Source: Patescibacteria group bacterium
Lineage (GTDB): Bacteria; Patescibacteriota; Patescibacteriia; Buchananbacterales; GWA2-38-13
Assembly: GCA_028712155.1 (NCBI GenBank)
Contig: JAQTQO010000004.1
Span: forward strand, 1-61,706
Length of the DNA stretch: 61,706 nt
Direction: 5' to 3'
The notes under the pieces are model-generated. The model was given only the letters and a program-made list of their open reading frames with translations. It was not told the DNA's origin and did no database searches. Of this stretch, positions 35,725 to 45,291 are shown piece by piece; within the stretch, counting starts at the first letter, position 1, and every line of letters begins with the position of its first letter. The position numbers were made by a program, and so were the translations under genes.

Positions 35725-37134
35725 CTAGCAATCGTGGTATAGCGCGAACTCGTACGGATGCGGCCGCAGGTTGACCTCGGCGACGTCCTCACGTTTGAGC
35801 ACAATCCACTGGCGGATGAATTCTTTTGGGAACACTCCACCAACCGTGAGAAATTCGTGGTCGCGGGCAAGCGCCGCGAGCGATTCGGTCAATGCCCCCG
35901 GCACCGACCGGATTTTTGCGGCTTGTTCAACCGGAAGGGGGTAGGTGTTCTCGTCCAACGGTTTGCCCGGATCCAGGCGCTTGGCGATGCCGTCCAGACC
36001 CGCGAGCAGAATGGCGGCAAATGTCAGATACGGATTGCAGGACGGATCCGGCGGCCGGAACTCGAGGCGTTTTGCCGCCGGCGCTTCCGAGTACGCCGGA
36101 ATACGGATGGCCGCGGAACGATTGCGTTTCGAGTAGACGAGGTTTACCGGCGCTTCGTAGCCCGGGACCAAACGCTTGTAGGAATTGGTTCCCGGCGCGG
36201 CAAAGGCAAGAATAGACGGCGCGTGGTGGAGCAACCCGGCGGCAAAATGGAGCGCTATCTCCGACAGTCCGGCGTAGCCGCTGCCGGCAAACAGCGGTTT
36301 GCCGTCTTTCCACAGCGACACATGCGTGTGCATACCCGAACCGTTGTCGCCGAAAATGGGTTTAGGCATGAACGTCGCCACTTTACCGTGTTTGCGCGCG
36401 GTGCTCTTCACGATGTATTTGTACACCATGATGGCGTCCGCCATTTTTTTTAACGGCCCGAAGCGCAAATCAATTTCCGCCTGACCGGCCGTGGCCACCT
36501 CGTGGTGATGTTTTTCTACCTCCAGCCCGCAGGACATCATGTGGGAGATCATTTCGCTGCGAATATCCTGCTGGGTATCGTGCGGCGGCACCGGAAAGTA
36601 TCCTTCCTTGTGGCGGATTTTGTACGCCAGGTTGCTTTCCGCGTCGCCGGTGTTCCACTCCCCTTCCTCGGCGTCGATGTGGTAGTAGCCTTCCTGTGCG
36701 CCCTGATGGTAGCGCAAGGTATCGAAGATGAAGAATTCCGCCTCCGGACCGAAACACGCCGTGTCGGCCACGTTGCTTTTTCGCAAATACTCCTCGGCGC
36801 GCTGTGCGATCGAGCGCGGGTCGAAACTGAACGGCGTAATTTTTTCGCCGGGCTCAAAGATATCGCACGTCAGACACAACGTTTTTTCGGCAAAGAACGG
36901 ATCAATGAACGCGGTGGTCGGATCGGGCACCAGCAGCATGTCACTCTCCTCAATCGGCTTGAAGCCCTTGATAGATGACCCGTCGAAACCAGAACCAGCC
37001 GAAAATGTATCCTCGGTCAGTTCGGCAACCGGCACCGTGAAATGCTGCCAGCGGCCGTTGAGGTCGCAAAACCGCAGATCCACCATCGTAACATGCTCGC
37101 GCTCGATGAGCTCGAAGACTTTTTTTCTCTCCAT
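35725..37134 (-). CDS. glnA: glutamine synthetase type I
   Basis: 469 aa. GSGMHTH, NPYL and full-length GSI pattern. Confidence 0.97.
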   Translation of the reverse strand: MERKKVFELIEREHVTMVDLRFCDLNGRWQHFTVPVAELTEDTFSAGSGFDGSSIKGFKPIEESDMLLVPDPTTAFIDPFFAEKTLCLTCDIFEPGEKITPFSFDPRSIAQRAEEYLRKSNVADTACFGPEAEFFIFDTLRYHQGAQEGYYHIDAEEGEWNTGDAESNLAYKIRHKEGYFPVPPHDTQQDIRSEMISHMMSCGLEVEKHHHEVATAGQAEIDLRFGPLKKMADAIMVYKYIVKSTARKHGKVATFMPKPIFGDNGSGMHTHVSLWKDGKPLFAGSGYAGLSEIALHFAAGLLHHAPSILAFAAPGTNSYKRLVPGYEAPVNLVYSKRNRSAAIRIPAYSEAPAAKRLEFRPPDPSCNPYLTFAAILLAGLDGIAKRLDPGKPLDENTYPLPVEQAAKIRSVPGALTESLAALARDHEFLTVGGVFPKEFIRQWIVLKREDVAEVNLRPHPYEFALYHDC

Positions 37135-37144
37135 AATACATTCA

Positions 37145-37181
37145 CCAAAAATAAAACATCTCCCGGATCAAAATCCGGAAG
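37145..37181 (-). terminator. intrinsic terminator in the glnA leader
   Basis: CUUCCGGA/UCCGGGAG 8-bp stem, then AUGUUUUAUUUUU, about 25 nt before the glnA ATG. Confidence 0.6.
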
Positions 37182-37218
37182 ACTTCATTGTCTCTCTGCC
37201 GTCACGTCATTGTGCCGA
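37179..37218 (-). promoter_or_regulatory. ANTAR-type dual hexaloop hairpin (antiterminator element)
   Basis: UCGGCAC[AAUGAC]GUGACGG-CAGA-GAGAC[AAUGAA]GUCUU. Both loops have A1 and G4. The 3' arm of hairpin 2 overlaps the terminator 5' arm. Confidence 0.55.
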
Positions 37219-37262
37219 CAGAACTAGTCTACCGCTGTTCTGGGCGGTGTGCAAGTGGATAA

Positions 37263-37961
37263 TTAAAATTCAGCTGCCAAAATCACCGCTTCGGCTACCT
37301 CTTTGAGCGACTTGCGCTTATCCATGCTCTTTTTCAGTAAGAGCTGATGTGCGGCAGCTTCATCCAAACCGTGCTGCTTCATAAGGATCGCTTTGGCTCG
37401 GGAGATCAATTTCCGCGTCTCGAGCGCCTCTTGCAGCGCCTGGGTTTCCGACACCAGCTGCACGATCTGCAGCAACCCCCCGATCTGCTTGCCCACGGTT
37501 TCGAGGAGTTTGACTTCCGCCTTGGCGTGGCGGTGCGGCCGGCGATGCTGAACATTGATAACGCCGATAACTTTTCCCTGGTACCAAATCGGCACGGATA
37601 AGAACGCCTCATAGCGATCCTCGGGCAAGGCGTTGAACTGCTTGAAACGCGGATCGTCGTACGCGCGCCGGGCAATCGCCACGGTGCGTTTCTCCTCGGC
37701 CACCCAGCCGGTAATCCCCTCCCCGAACTTCATCCGGATCTGGTTGAGGCGCGGATGCGGATTGAGCGATGCCTGCAGCACGACCTCGCGGTCCGAGATG
37801 AGGTAGAGCAGGCATGAATCCGCTTTCGTCACGCGGCCGATGATTTCAACGACCTTGCGGAGAATATCCTTGAGCTCCAGCGTCCGGCTGATGGTTTCTA
37901 AAACCTCCTCGAGGATCGCGAGGTGATGCTGGGCCGGGGCGCGCACCGTACGTTTCGGCAT
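37263..37961 (-). CDS. GAF-ANTAR RNA-binding antitermination regulator
   Basis: GAF domain (GEGITGWVA) plus ANTAR (RKLISRAKAILMKQHGLDEAAAHQLL). ATG 37961. The track's longer ORF overlaps the upstream gene. Confidence 0.85.
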   Translation of the reverse strand: MPKRTVRAPAQHHLAILEEVLETISRTLELKDILRKVVEIIGRVTKADSCLLYLISDREVVLQASLNPHPRLNQIRMKFGEGITGWVAEEKRTVAIARRAYDDPRFKQFNALPEDRYEAFLSVPIWYQGKVIGVINVQHRRPHRHAKAEVKLLETVGKQIGGLLQIVQLVSETQALQEALETRKLISRAKAILMKQHGLDEAAAHQLLLKKSMDKRKSLKEVAEAVILAAEF

Positions 37962-37977
37962 AGAATTACTCGGCAGT

Positions 37978-39423
37978 CTACAACGAAGCGGCACCCCGGT
38001 CAACGTCTGGCAGTCGCCGCCGGTACACCTGCACGCCGTTGATCGTGGTGACGTATCCGTAGGACTGCCGGATGAAATCGGTGACCGGGTTGCCGACCAT
38101 AAAATCCTTGAACCCTTCGGGTGTCGTGTAATAGTTGAGAAGCACGATCGGCGGAGGATTGGTTTCAAGTGACCGGCGGGCATCCTGGAAAAATGACAGC
38201 GGATGCTGGCCGTAGCGCAGGGCGCGGTAGCGCGTGGGATTCTGCCGCTGAGCTTCAAAATAGAGATTGGGCAGGTACGGGGCAACAAAAATGGGCTGGT
38301 CCGGTTTCACATTCGTTTGGATGTAGGAAACGAGCTGCTCCAGTTGGGGATCCCGGAGCTGAAAGAATGCTACCCATCCCACGCCCGCGACCCGGTGGGC
38401 GAAAAATCCGAGCGACACGAAAGCCAAAATGGCAATCGCCGAGGTTATCCCGAACGCTGCCAGCCGCCGGAATGCCGGTACACCGGCCCGTACGACTTCG
38501 CGATACCATACCGCGCACAGTACGGCCATCGGAAAGAGCACCGGCAGGAGATGAAAGTGGTCAGCCTGACTGAAGTTGCTTGCCGCCAGCAGCACGCCGG
38601 AGAGCCACACGAATTTTTCTTCGCGCGTCAATGTGCGGAAACGAGCCAGCGCGCCGTACAGCAGCAGATAGCCGGCAAGTACCGCAGCAAGCCACCACGG
38701 ACCGGTACGGTTGAACGGCAAATAGTATTGGAAGGAAAAATTGAAGAGATTTTCCCACAGCAACGGCAGCGGCCAGGCAAGCATTGGGAGCATCCCGATA
38801 ACGAGTCCGACCGCAAACGGCAGGATGGCGCGGCGGGAAACCGTTGCCAGATACCACGCGACGGCGACGACCACCGCCAGGCCGCGCGCCTGGTGCATCC
38901 ATACCGTCGCCGCACATGCGAGACCGGCAACCGCCGGGGATATCATCCCGTGACGACCGGCGGAACGGCCAACCGACGCGGCGCGTTCGATGGCCCAAAT
39001 GGCAAAGACCAGCGCGAATGTGTTGTGATTGATCAGCACGTAGTGATCGGACAACAGCAGCCAGACGACCGGCACCGCATACCGCGCCCGCCCGAGGTTC
39101 AAATAACCGCCAACCCGGAGCAATCCGCCGCAGCCAAACACCAGCAGTGCAATGGAAAATATTTTTGCCGCCGCGTAGCTTGGGCCAAACAGCCACAACA
39201 CGGGAGCAAGCAAATAGAGCGACCCCGGCGTAATATTTTCAAAAAAATCCCGGTACGGCGATAAACCCTGGACGACCTGCCACGCGCCAAAAAGCGTATA
39301 GCCCTCATCCTGATTGACCAGGTGCCCCCATTTTAGGGCAACCGCTACCGCGATGAGCGCGATCCAGTATCCGAACCATAGTATGGTACGGGAGGTACGG
39401 CGGTGGGAAAAAAATGCGCGCAT
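37978..39423 (-). CDS. GT-C fold (ArnT/PMT-like) polytopic membrane glycosyltransferase-like protein, paralog 1 of 5
   Basis: About 11 TM helices. First-loop motif DEGYTLFGAWQVVQGLSPYRDFFENITPGSLY. C-terminal soluble domain. Confidence 0.6.
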   Translation of the reverse strand: MRAFFSHRRTSRTILWFGYWIALIAVAVALKWGHLVNQDEGYTLFGAWQVVQGLSPYRDFFENITPGSLYLLAPVLWLFGPSYAAAKIFSIALLVFGCGGLLRVGGYLNLGRARYAVPVVWLLLSDHYVLINHNTFALVFAIWAIERAASVGRSAGRHGMISPAVAGLACAATVWMHQARGLAVVVAVAWYLATVSRRAILPFAVGLVIGMLPMLAWPLPLLWENLFNFSFQYYLPFNRTGPWWLAAVLAGYLLLYGALARFRTLTREEKFVWLSGVLLAASNFSQADHFHLLPVLFPMAVLCAVWYREVVRAGVPAFRRLAAFGITSAIAILAFVSLGFFAHRVAGVGWVAFFQLRDPQLEQLVSYIQTNVKPDQPIFVAPYLPNLYFEAQRQNPTRYRALRYGQHPLSFFQDARRSLETNPPPIVLLNYYTTPEGFKDFMVGNPVTDFIRQSYGYVTTINGVQVYRRRLPDVDRGAASL

Positions 39424-39432
39424 AACACACAA

Positions 39433-40896
39433 TTATTCCGCCGGCGTTCCTCCGTCCGCCCGCTCCAATATTTGTATCGTTGAACCCCCGACGCCGGACA
39501 ATTGCTTAACCACCCGGTAGTACCGATCAAGGTAATGATCAACCTTTGTCCCGTCGCGATGGAAACCGTACTGAACCGCCAGGCTGTTGAGATCGCGTAC
39601 GACAATCCGCGGCCTGGTCCGCTCCAGATCGGCCACGGCGATGAGAAAGTAATCTTCGGAAAACTGGCTGCTGAATAATGAATTGAACCGCGTGGCCGCA
39701 GGCCGCTGGGAAAAAAAATATAAACTCGGCAAAGTCGGCGTGGCGAAAATCGGCTCGCCAGGGGCGGTTCGCTGCTGCACTTCCGCGGCCATGCTCTCCC
39801 AGTACGGCACGCGCAGGCCGAAAGGATCGGCGGACCGATCCAGCCACAGCATGGTGCAGAATACGGCGGAAGAAATAACCAGCAGGCTGCTCACGGCAAT
39901 TCCCAACCCGGCCTGCAAACCATACCAGCACGCAAGCACAATTTTTGGAAACTGGTGCGGCACGGGCTGCTGTTTTTTGGCCGCCGCAATGGCTGAAACT
40001 ATTACGGGCAAAGGCCAGAGAACCATGGGCAGGTACACCAAATCCGCCCGCGCCCACGTCGTCAGCAGGAGGGCGATAGACAGCCACCACAACGGCCAAA
40101 AGCCGGTTTTCTGCAGCCGGAAAATCAATGCCATTGCCGCACACGCCAGTTCAGCTCCCAGACTCAACAGCAGCCATTTCGGATGAACCACATTTGCTTC
40201 CGGATAATAGGCCAGCGGGTACGCTACGAGATGCTGCCACAATACCGGCACCGGCCATGCCAACAGCGGCAGTAAACCGACGCACAGAGCTCCGAGATTC
40301 GCCGCGAGTAAACGCCGCTGACGAACCGCCAGCACGACACCGAGGTCCACGAGTAGCACCGCAAAACCGCGGGTTTGCAGCAGCCACGTCACCGCCGCCA
40401 CGGCCAATCCGCCCGCCACAAACCAGGGCACGGTTCGCTGCCGCCACGCCTGAACTATCGCATAGGCCGCCCAAATGCTCGCGAGATGCGAGTAATTATT
40501 ATAACTGATCAGCGGGAATTGCATTTGCAACGTGATCCAAACCGCCTGTACGGCGATGCGATGCCACCCCGAGCGCGTGAAGAGTTGGCAGAGCCGATCC
40601 AAAATGACGGCGGTCGCAAGCGTCAGTAGTACGGATACCAGTTTGGCCGCCACATAGCTGGGGCCGAACAGCCAGAACACTCCGGCGAGCAGATAGAACG
40701 CGCCCGGCGTATGAAATTCGAAAAAATCGCGGTACGGCACCAGGCCTTGCGTGATCTGCCAGCCGGCAGTCAGATTCAGCCCCGTGTCGGGATCCGGCTG
40801 TGGAAACCAGCTCACGACCAATAGCACCACCGCCACGGAGGTAGCGATGATCACCGTTGCGAGCTGCGAGCGGAATGGATGTGCCGGCGTTGGCAT
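39433..40896 (-). CDS. GT-C-like membrane protein, paralog 2 of 5
   Basis: Same architecture. DTGLNLTAGWQITQGLVPYRDFFEFHTPGAFY. Confidence 0.6.
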   Translation of the reverse strand: MPTPAHPFRSQLATVIIATSVAVVLLVVSWFPQPDPDTGLNLTAGWQITQGLVPYRDFFEFHTPGAFYLLAGVFWLFGPSYVAAKLVSVLLTLATAVILDRLCQLFTRSGWHRIAVQAVWITLQMQFPLISYNNYSHLASIWAAYAIVQAWRQRTVPWFVAGGLAVAAVTWLLQTRGFAVLLVDLGVVLAVRQRRLLAANLGALCVGLLPLLAWPVPVLWQHLVAYPLAYYPEANVVHPKWLLLSLGAELACAAMALIFRLQKTGFWPLWWLSIALLLTTWARADLVYLPMVLWPLPVIVSAIAAAKKQQPVPHQFPKIVLACWYGLQAGLGIAVSSLLVISSAVFCTMLWLDRSADPFGLRVPYWESMAAEVQQRTAPGEPIFATPTLPSLYFFSQRPAATRFNSLFSSQFSEDYFLIAVADLERTRPRIVVRDLNSLAVQYGFHRDGTKVDHYLDRYYRVVKQLSGVGGSTIQILERADGGTPAE

Positions 40897-40901
40897 ACGA
40901 A

Positions 40902-42377
40902 TTACTGGCGCTCGGAGGCGGGCGCGATGCGTTCAAGAAACTCAACCACGGGCCGATCCAGATACGCATACCGCTCCGCTACCCGATAATGCTGATCCAG
41001 ATAAATATCTACTACCGTGCCATCACGATGAAAACCCAGGGCCACCACGGCATCATTGAGCTGACGCACCACCAACCGCGGTTTCGCCGATTCCAGTTCA
41101 TCGATGACTTCGGAAAAATATTCCGGCGGATCAAGCCGGCTCATGAGCCAGTTGTGCCGCGTCGCATTCGGACGCTGGGAGAAAAAATACAGCTGCGGGA
41201 GGTACGGCGTGGCAAAAATCGGTTCATCGGGAGCGGTGCGCTGCTGCACCAGTACCGCCAGCTCCTCCCAGAACGGAACGTGTAGCCGGAACGGATCAGC
41301 GGCAAGACTGGCCCATTGGCTTCGGACAAAAACGGACCCGGCGGAAATTCCGAATACGTATACGAGGGCAACCTGCCAGCGGAATGCCCTGCGACATTGC
41401 TCCTGTCTCCGGCCGGAGCCGCCCGCGAACCCGGCGGCGCAGGAAAACCACAGCACGGGAACCGCCCAGAATGCCAGCGCCAGGTGGGACCAGTCGGCCC
41501 GCGACCAGGTAGTAGCCAAACTCGCCGCAGCAATCCACCACAACGGCCAAAATCCGGTTCTGTTTCGGCCGGCATGCATCGCAACAATCGCCAGAACCGA
41601 CAATACGGCTGCCCCGGCCATCACCCACCCAAGCGACCGGTACGCTGCGCCCGGGTATTGCATCAGCGGATAGACCACCAGCTGCGCCCACAGCAATTGC
41701 GGCGGCCAAACCAAGAACGGCAAAAGGGCAATACTCAAACCGGCCGCGAACGCAAAAAATATTTTCCACCGGCGCACGGCCAGTGCCATGCCCAACCCCA
41801 CGAGGATGAACGCCAGCCCGCGCTGCTGGAGCATCCACGTCACCCCGGCAGCCGCCGCGCCAAGACCGGCAAACCACGCCGGCGTCCGTTTCCGCCACGC
41901 CTGCACCGCGACATACCCGGCCCAGATCGAAGCGAGGTGTGCGTAGGTATTGAAACTGATCAGGGGGAACTGCAACAGCAGCCCCATCCACGCGATCTGG
42001 ACGGCCACCCGCGCCCACCCCGATCCGGTAAACAGCCGGCACAACCGGTCAAGCCCGAAAGCGGTCAGCAGCACCAGCAGGGTGCCAAAAATTTTTGCGG
42101 CCAGGTACGTCGCGCCAAACCATTGAAACACGCCCGCCAATACATAGAAGGATCCCGGCGTCCGAAATTCAAAAAAATCGCGGTACGGCACCAGGCCTTG
42201 CGTGATTTGCCAGGCGGAGGTCAGCGTCTGCCCGACATCCGGATTCGGTTGCGGATACCAGCAAATGACCGCGTACAGCGCCGCCAAAGTACCCACGATC
42301 ATGACGGGAAAAGCGCTCCGCAAGGTCCCTGGCCACGTCGGCCCCGGCTGATTGGATACGGCTGACGATTCCTGCAT
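40902..42377 (-). CDS. GT-C-like membrane protein, paralog 3 of 5
   Basis: Same architecture. DVGQTLTSAWQITQGLVPYRDFFEFRTPGSFY. Confidence 0.6.
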   Translation of the reverse strand: MQESSAVSNQPGPTWPGTLRSAFPVMIVGTLAALYAVICWYPQPNPDVGQTLTSAWQITQGLVPYRDFFEFRTPGSFYVLAGVFQWFGATYLAAKIFGTLLVLLTAFGLDRLCRLFTGSGWARVAVQIAWMGLLLQFPLISFNTYAHLASIWAGYVAVQAWRKRTPAWFAGLGAAAAGVTWMLQQRGLAFILVGLGMALAVRRWKIFFAFAAGLSIALLPFLVWPPQLLWAQLVVYPLMQYPGAAYRSLGWVMAGAAVLSVLAIVAMHAGRNRTGFWPLWWIAAASLATTWSRADWSHLALAFWAVPVLWFSCAAGFAGGSGRRQEQCRRAFRWQVALVYVFGISAGSVFVRSQWASLAADPFRLHVPFWEELAVLVQQRTAPDEPIFATPYLPQLYFFSQRPNATRHNWLMSRLDPPEYFSEVIDELESAKPRLVVRQLNDAVVALGFHRDGTVVDIYLDQHYRVAERYAYLDRPVVEFLERIAPASERQ

Positions 42378-42383
42378 ACATGA

Positions 42384-43820
42384 TCATTCGGGCGTTTCGG
42401 GATTGCGTTCGAGAATTTGTACCGCATAGTCTCCAATCTGCGATTGAGCAACGCGATAATGTGCATCGAGGTACTGGTCAACCGGCGACCCGTCGCGGTG
42501 AAAGCCCCGGCGCACGACGAAGCTGTTCGGTACCCGCACCACGATACGCGGCCGGGTCCGTTCAAGATCCGCAATGGCTTCGGCAAAAAACGGTGCGCCG
42601 GGATCGGTGCCGAACAGGGCATTGAACCGCGTCGCATTCGGCCGATCTGAGAAAAAATACACGCCCGGAGAATTCGGAGTGACAAAAATTGCCTCACCGG
42701 GCTGGGTTCGGCTCTTGACCTCGGCGACCACGGCAGCGAGGAACGGCCCGCGCTGCACGAGCTCACGTTGCAATGCCAAGCCGGCACTGGCATTTATGGT
42801 CGCCCATCCGATCCACTGCGCGGCCAATAGGCAACCGACGTAAACCAGCACGATTTTTGTCACTCGTTGCCCGCGCGGCCGCAAGGTAATTTTCCAGGGC
42901 GATACCATGCAAGTAATAAAGAGCACCGGAATCGGCCACATCACCATCGCCAGGTAGACGACATCCGCCCGCACCCAGATGCTTGCCGCCAGCAAAAACG
43001 CGCTGAGCCAGAACGGCCAGAATCCGGGCGCCTGCAACCGGACCAGCCACGCCAGCAATCCGATACCGGCAATGACCCCGATGGTTTGTATCAGCAGGTA
43101 GGGAGGAGAATAGAACTGCTGCGGGTACTGGGAGAGCGGGGAAAAAACAACGTTGCGCACCAGCTCAACCGGCGACCACACCAAAAACGGAAGCGCCGCG
43201 ACCAGCAAACCGGCCGCGTACGCCCGAAGAATCTGCCACCGCCGGGAAGCGACGATCACGAATAGACCGGCAGCCATCACGGCCGCACCGCGTGTCTGCA
43301 CCATCCACACCGTCACGCCGGCGGCTAACCCGGCGCTAAAGTACCACCCTGCCCGCCGCTGCCGCCACGCGGCAACCAGCAGGTACGTCGCCCAAATACT
43401 CGCGAGATTCGCATAGTGGTTTGGCGTCAAGAGCGGATACATGCACAAAAATGCCCACCACAGCGCGAGAACAGAAATCCGGTGCCAGATGTTTTGAGTG
43501 AATATTTTTGTGAGCCGATCCAAAACGACGGTGGTTGCCAGGGTCAGAAGCACTGTCAACAGCCGTGCCGCCAGGTAGCTGGGACCAAGTATTTTGAACA
43601 CGGCCGCCAAGAGGTAAAACGCTCCCGGGGTATGAAAATCGGAAAAGTCGCGGTACGGCACCAGGCCTTGGCTGATCTGCCACGCCTGCGTGAGCATCCA
43701 TCCCTCATCGGCATCCAGCTGGTCGAGTGACGGATACCAGCGCAGCATCAGCGCGACGCCTCCCGCCACCATGGCTGCGGCAATGACGGCGATGGTAAGA
43801 ATTCTTTTCCGCATAATCAT
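42384..43820 (-). CDS. GT-C-like membrane protein, paralog 4 of 5
   Basis: Same architecture. DEGWMLTQAWQISQGLVPYRDFSDFHTPGAFY. Start trimmed to ATG 43820 because the track ORF to 44111 overlaps paralog 5. Confidence 0.6.
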   Translation of the reverse strand: MIMRKRILTIAVIAAAMVAGGVALMLRWYPSLDQLDADEGWMLTQAWQISQGLVPYRDFSDFHTPGAFYLLAAVFKILGPSYLAARLLTVLLTLATTVVLDRLTKIFTQNIWHRISVLALWWAFLCMYPLLTPNHYANLASIWATYLLVAAWRQRRAGWYFSAGLAAGVTVWMVQTRGAAVMAAGLFVIVASRRWQILRAYAAGLLVAALPFLVWSPVELVRNVVFSPLSQYPQQFYSPPYLLIQTIGVIAGIGLLAWLVRLQAPGFWPFWLSAFLLAASIWVRADVVYLAMVMWPIPVLFITCMVSPWKITLRPRGQRVTKIVLVYVGCLLAAQWIGWATINASAGLALQRELVQRGPFLAAVVAEVKSRTQPGEAIFVTPNSPGVYFFSDRPNATRFNALFGTDPGAPFFAEAIADLERTRPRIVVRVPNSFVVRRGFHRDGSPVDQYLDAHYRVAQSQIGDYAVQILERNPETPE

Positions 43821-43824
43821 TACA

Positions 43825-45258
43825 TCACGGAATCGGTTCCATAAAAATAATCGGCCCGCGGCGTTCAAACTCGCGATAGTGCGCCTGGATATACTCATCC
43901 ACGGGGTTGTCCTGCCGGTGGCCATACTTTTCCACCGGCTGATAGTTAAGGATGGCCAGCGCCGGCGGATTGGCCTCAAGCTGCCGGCGCGCCGCGGTGA
44001 AAAATTCCGGCGGATGGAGCGTGGTGATGAGCTGGTCAAAACTGGTCGCATTGCGCCGCTGCATTTCAAAATAGGCGTTCGGCAAAAACGGGCCGGCGTA
44101 AATAGGGGCATTGGCCGGAACGCGCGCCTGCACCAGAGAAACCAATTGCCGCAGCTCGGGATTTTCCAGCCGTAACCACTGGGAGAAAGAACGCCCGGAC
44201 CACCACGGCAAATAACTCGGAAAGCTCCACAGCAAAACCGCCGCCACGGTAGCCAGGTATACCGCCGGCAACGACCACAAGATCAAATCAAACGGAATGG
44301 GTTTCCACCCCGATCCAAGTTTACCCGGATACGACAGCCACAGCACCAGCGGCATGATGGGGAATGAATTGAGAATGATATGATACGAATCCGGACGGAT
44401 GATGCTGCTTGCCATCAGCGCCAAGCTCAACCACCACCAGGCCATCACCGCCGGCCCAGCCTGTTTCCGCCAAAGCAGCCACCCCACCAGCATCACCAGC
44501 CCCAGGGCCAGGAAAAAAAATACGTAGTTGGTCCCGACCAGCGGAAGACGGTTATACCGGAACGGCAAAACGAACAAGTCCTGCCAGAGCGTCGAAGCCG
44601 GCCAAAAAATGAGCGCCGGTATGAGCGCTAAAATAAATCCGGCGGCATACCACGCGACCGATCGCCAGGATTGGCGGTAGACCTGCCAGAGGACGACGAC
44701 GCCGGCCGAAAAAACCGCCAGCCCTTTCGTGTGCAACATCCAGACGACCGCGCCGCACAGCACACCGGCAAAAAGATACCCGACGGTGCGCTTTCGCCGC
44801 AGCGCCCATTGGAGCACAACCCACGCCCATACCGCCACGCACAAGCTCCACGGGTTATGGTTGATGGACGGATAGAATGCGAACGCAACGAGGAAAAAGA
44901 CGGGTGCCACGTAACTCCGCCAGCGCGGTAAAAAGTTTCGAACGGCGATCCACAGACCAAAGCCGGAGAACAGGATCAATCCGACGCCGACGCCGCGGGC
45001 CACCGCGTAGCTCACCCCAAACAATTTAAAAAAAGCCGCCAGCAGGTAAAACGTCCCGGGCGGATAAAATTGGACAAAATCGCGGTACAACACCTGCCCC
45101 TCGCTGATCTGCCACGCGCCGGTCAATACCACGCCCGAATCCGAAGAAACGTCATGCTGCCAGAAAATGATGAATCCAACCACGGCGTACGCCAGCCAGA
45201 AAACCGCGGCACGAAACCGCGGCCCCTGTTCACGCACTGCCGGAATCATAAATTCCAT
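43825..45258 (-). CDS. GT-C-like membrane protein, paralog 5 of 5
   Basis: Same architecture. DSGVVLTGAWQISEGQVLYRDFVQFYPPGTFY. ATG 45258 is preferred (the track start is TTG 45273). Confidence 0.6.
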   Translation of the reverse strand: MEFMIPAVREQGPRFRAAVFWLAYAVVGFIIFWQHDVSSDSGVVLTGAWQISEGQVLYRDFVQFYPPGTFYLLAAFFKLFGVSYAVARGVGVGLILFSGFGLWIAVRNFLPRWRSYVAPVFFLVAFAFYPSINHNPWSLCVAVWAWVVLQWALRRKRTVGYLFAGVLCGAVVWMLHTKGLAVFSAGVVVLWQVYRQSWRSVAWYAAGFILALIPALIFWPASTLWQDLFVLPFRYNRLPLVGTNYVFFFLALGLVMLVGWLLWRKQAGPAVMAWWWLSLALMASSIIRPDSYHIILNSFPIMPLVLWLSYPGKLGSGWKPIPFDLILWSLPAVYLATVAAVLLWSFPSYLPWWSGRSFSQWLRLENPELRQLVSLVQARVPANAPIYAGPFLPNAYFEMQRRNATSFDQLITTLHPPEFFTAARRQLEANPPALAILNYQPVEKYGHRQDNPVDEYIQAHYREFERRGPIIFMEPIP

Positions 45259-45291
45259 GAAAAATGCGGACAAACGGAAAAATCCAATAGG

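Noticed and set aside
37219-37242. Hairpin CAGAAC-(12 nt)-GUUCUG in the glnA leader as part of the ANTAR site
   Set aside because: Its loop is 12 nt and lacks the A1/G4 hexaloop pattern. It may simply stabilise the 3' end of the upstream message.
37962-38288. N-terminal extension of the GAF-ANTAR ORF (track 37263-38288)
   Set aside because: It overlaps the 3' end of GT-C paralog 1. The GAF domain begins right after ATG 37961.
43821-44111. N-terminal 97-aa extension of the track ORF 42384-44111
   Set aside because: It overlaps the 3' end of the upstream paralog by 287 nt and is Arg/Ser-rich junk. The paralog alignment and the hydrophobic N-terminus start at MIMRKRIL (ATG 43820).
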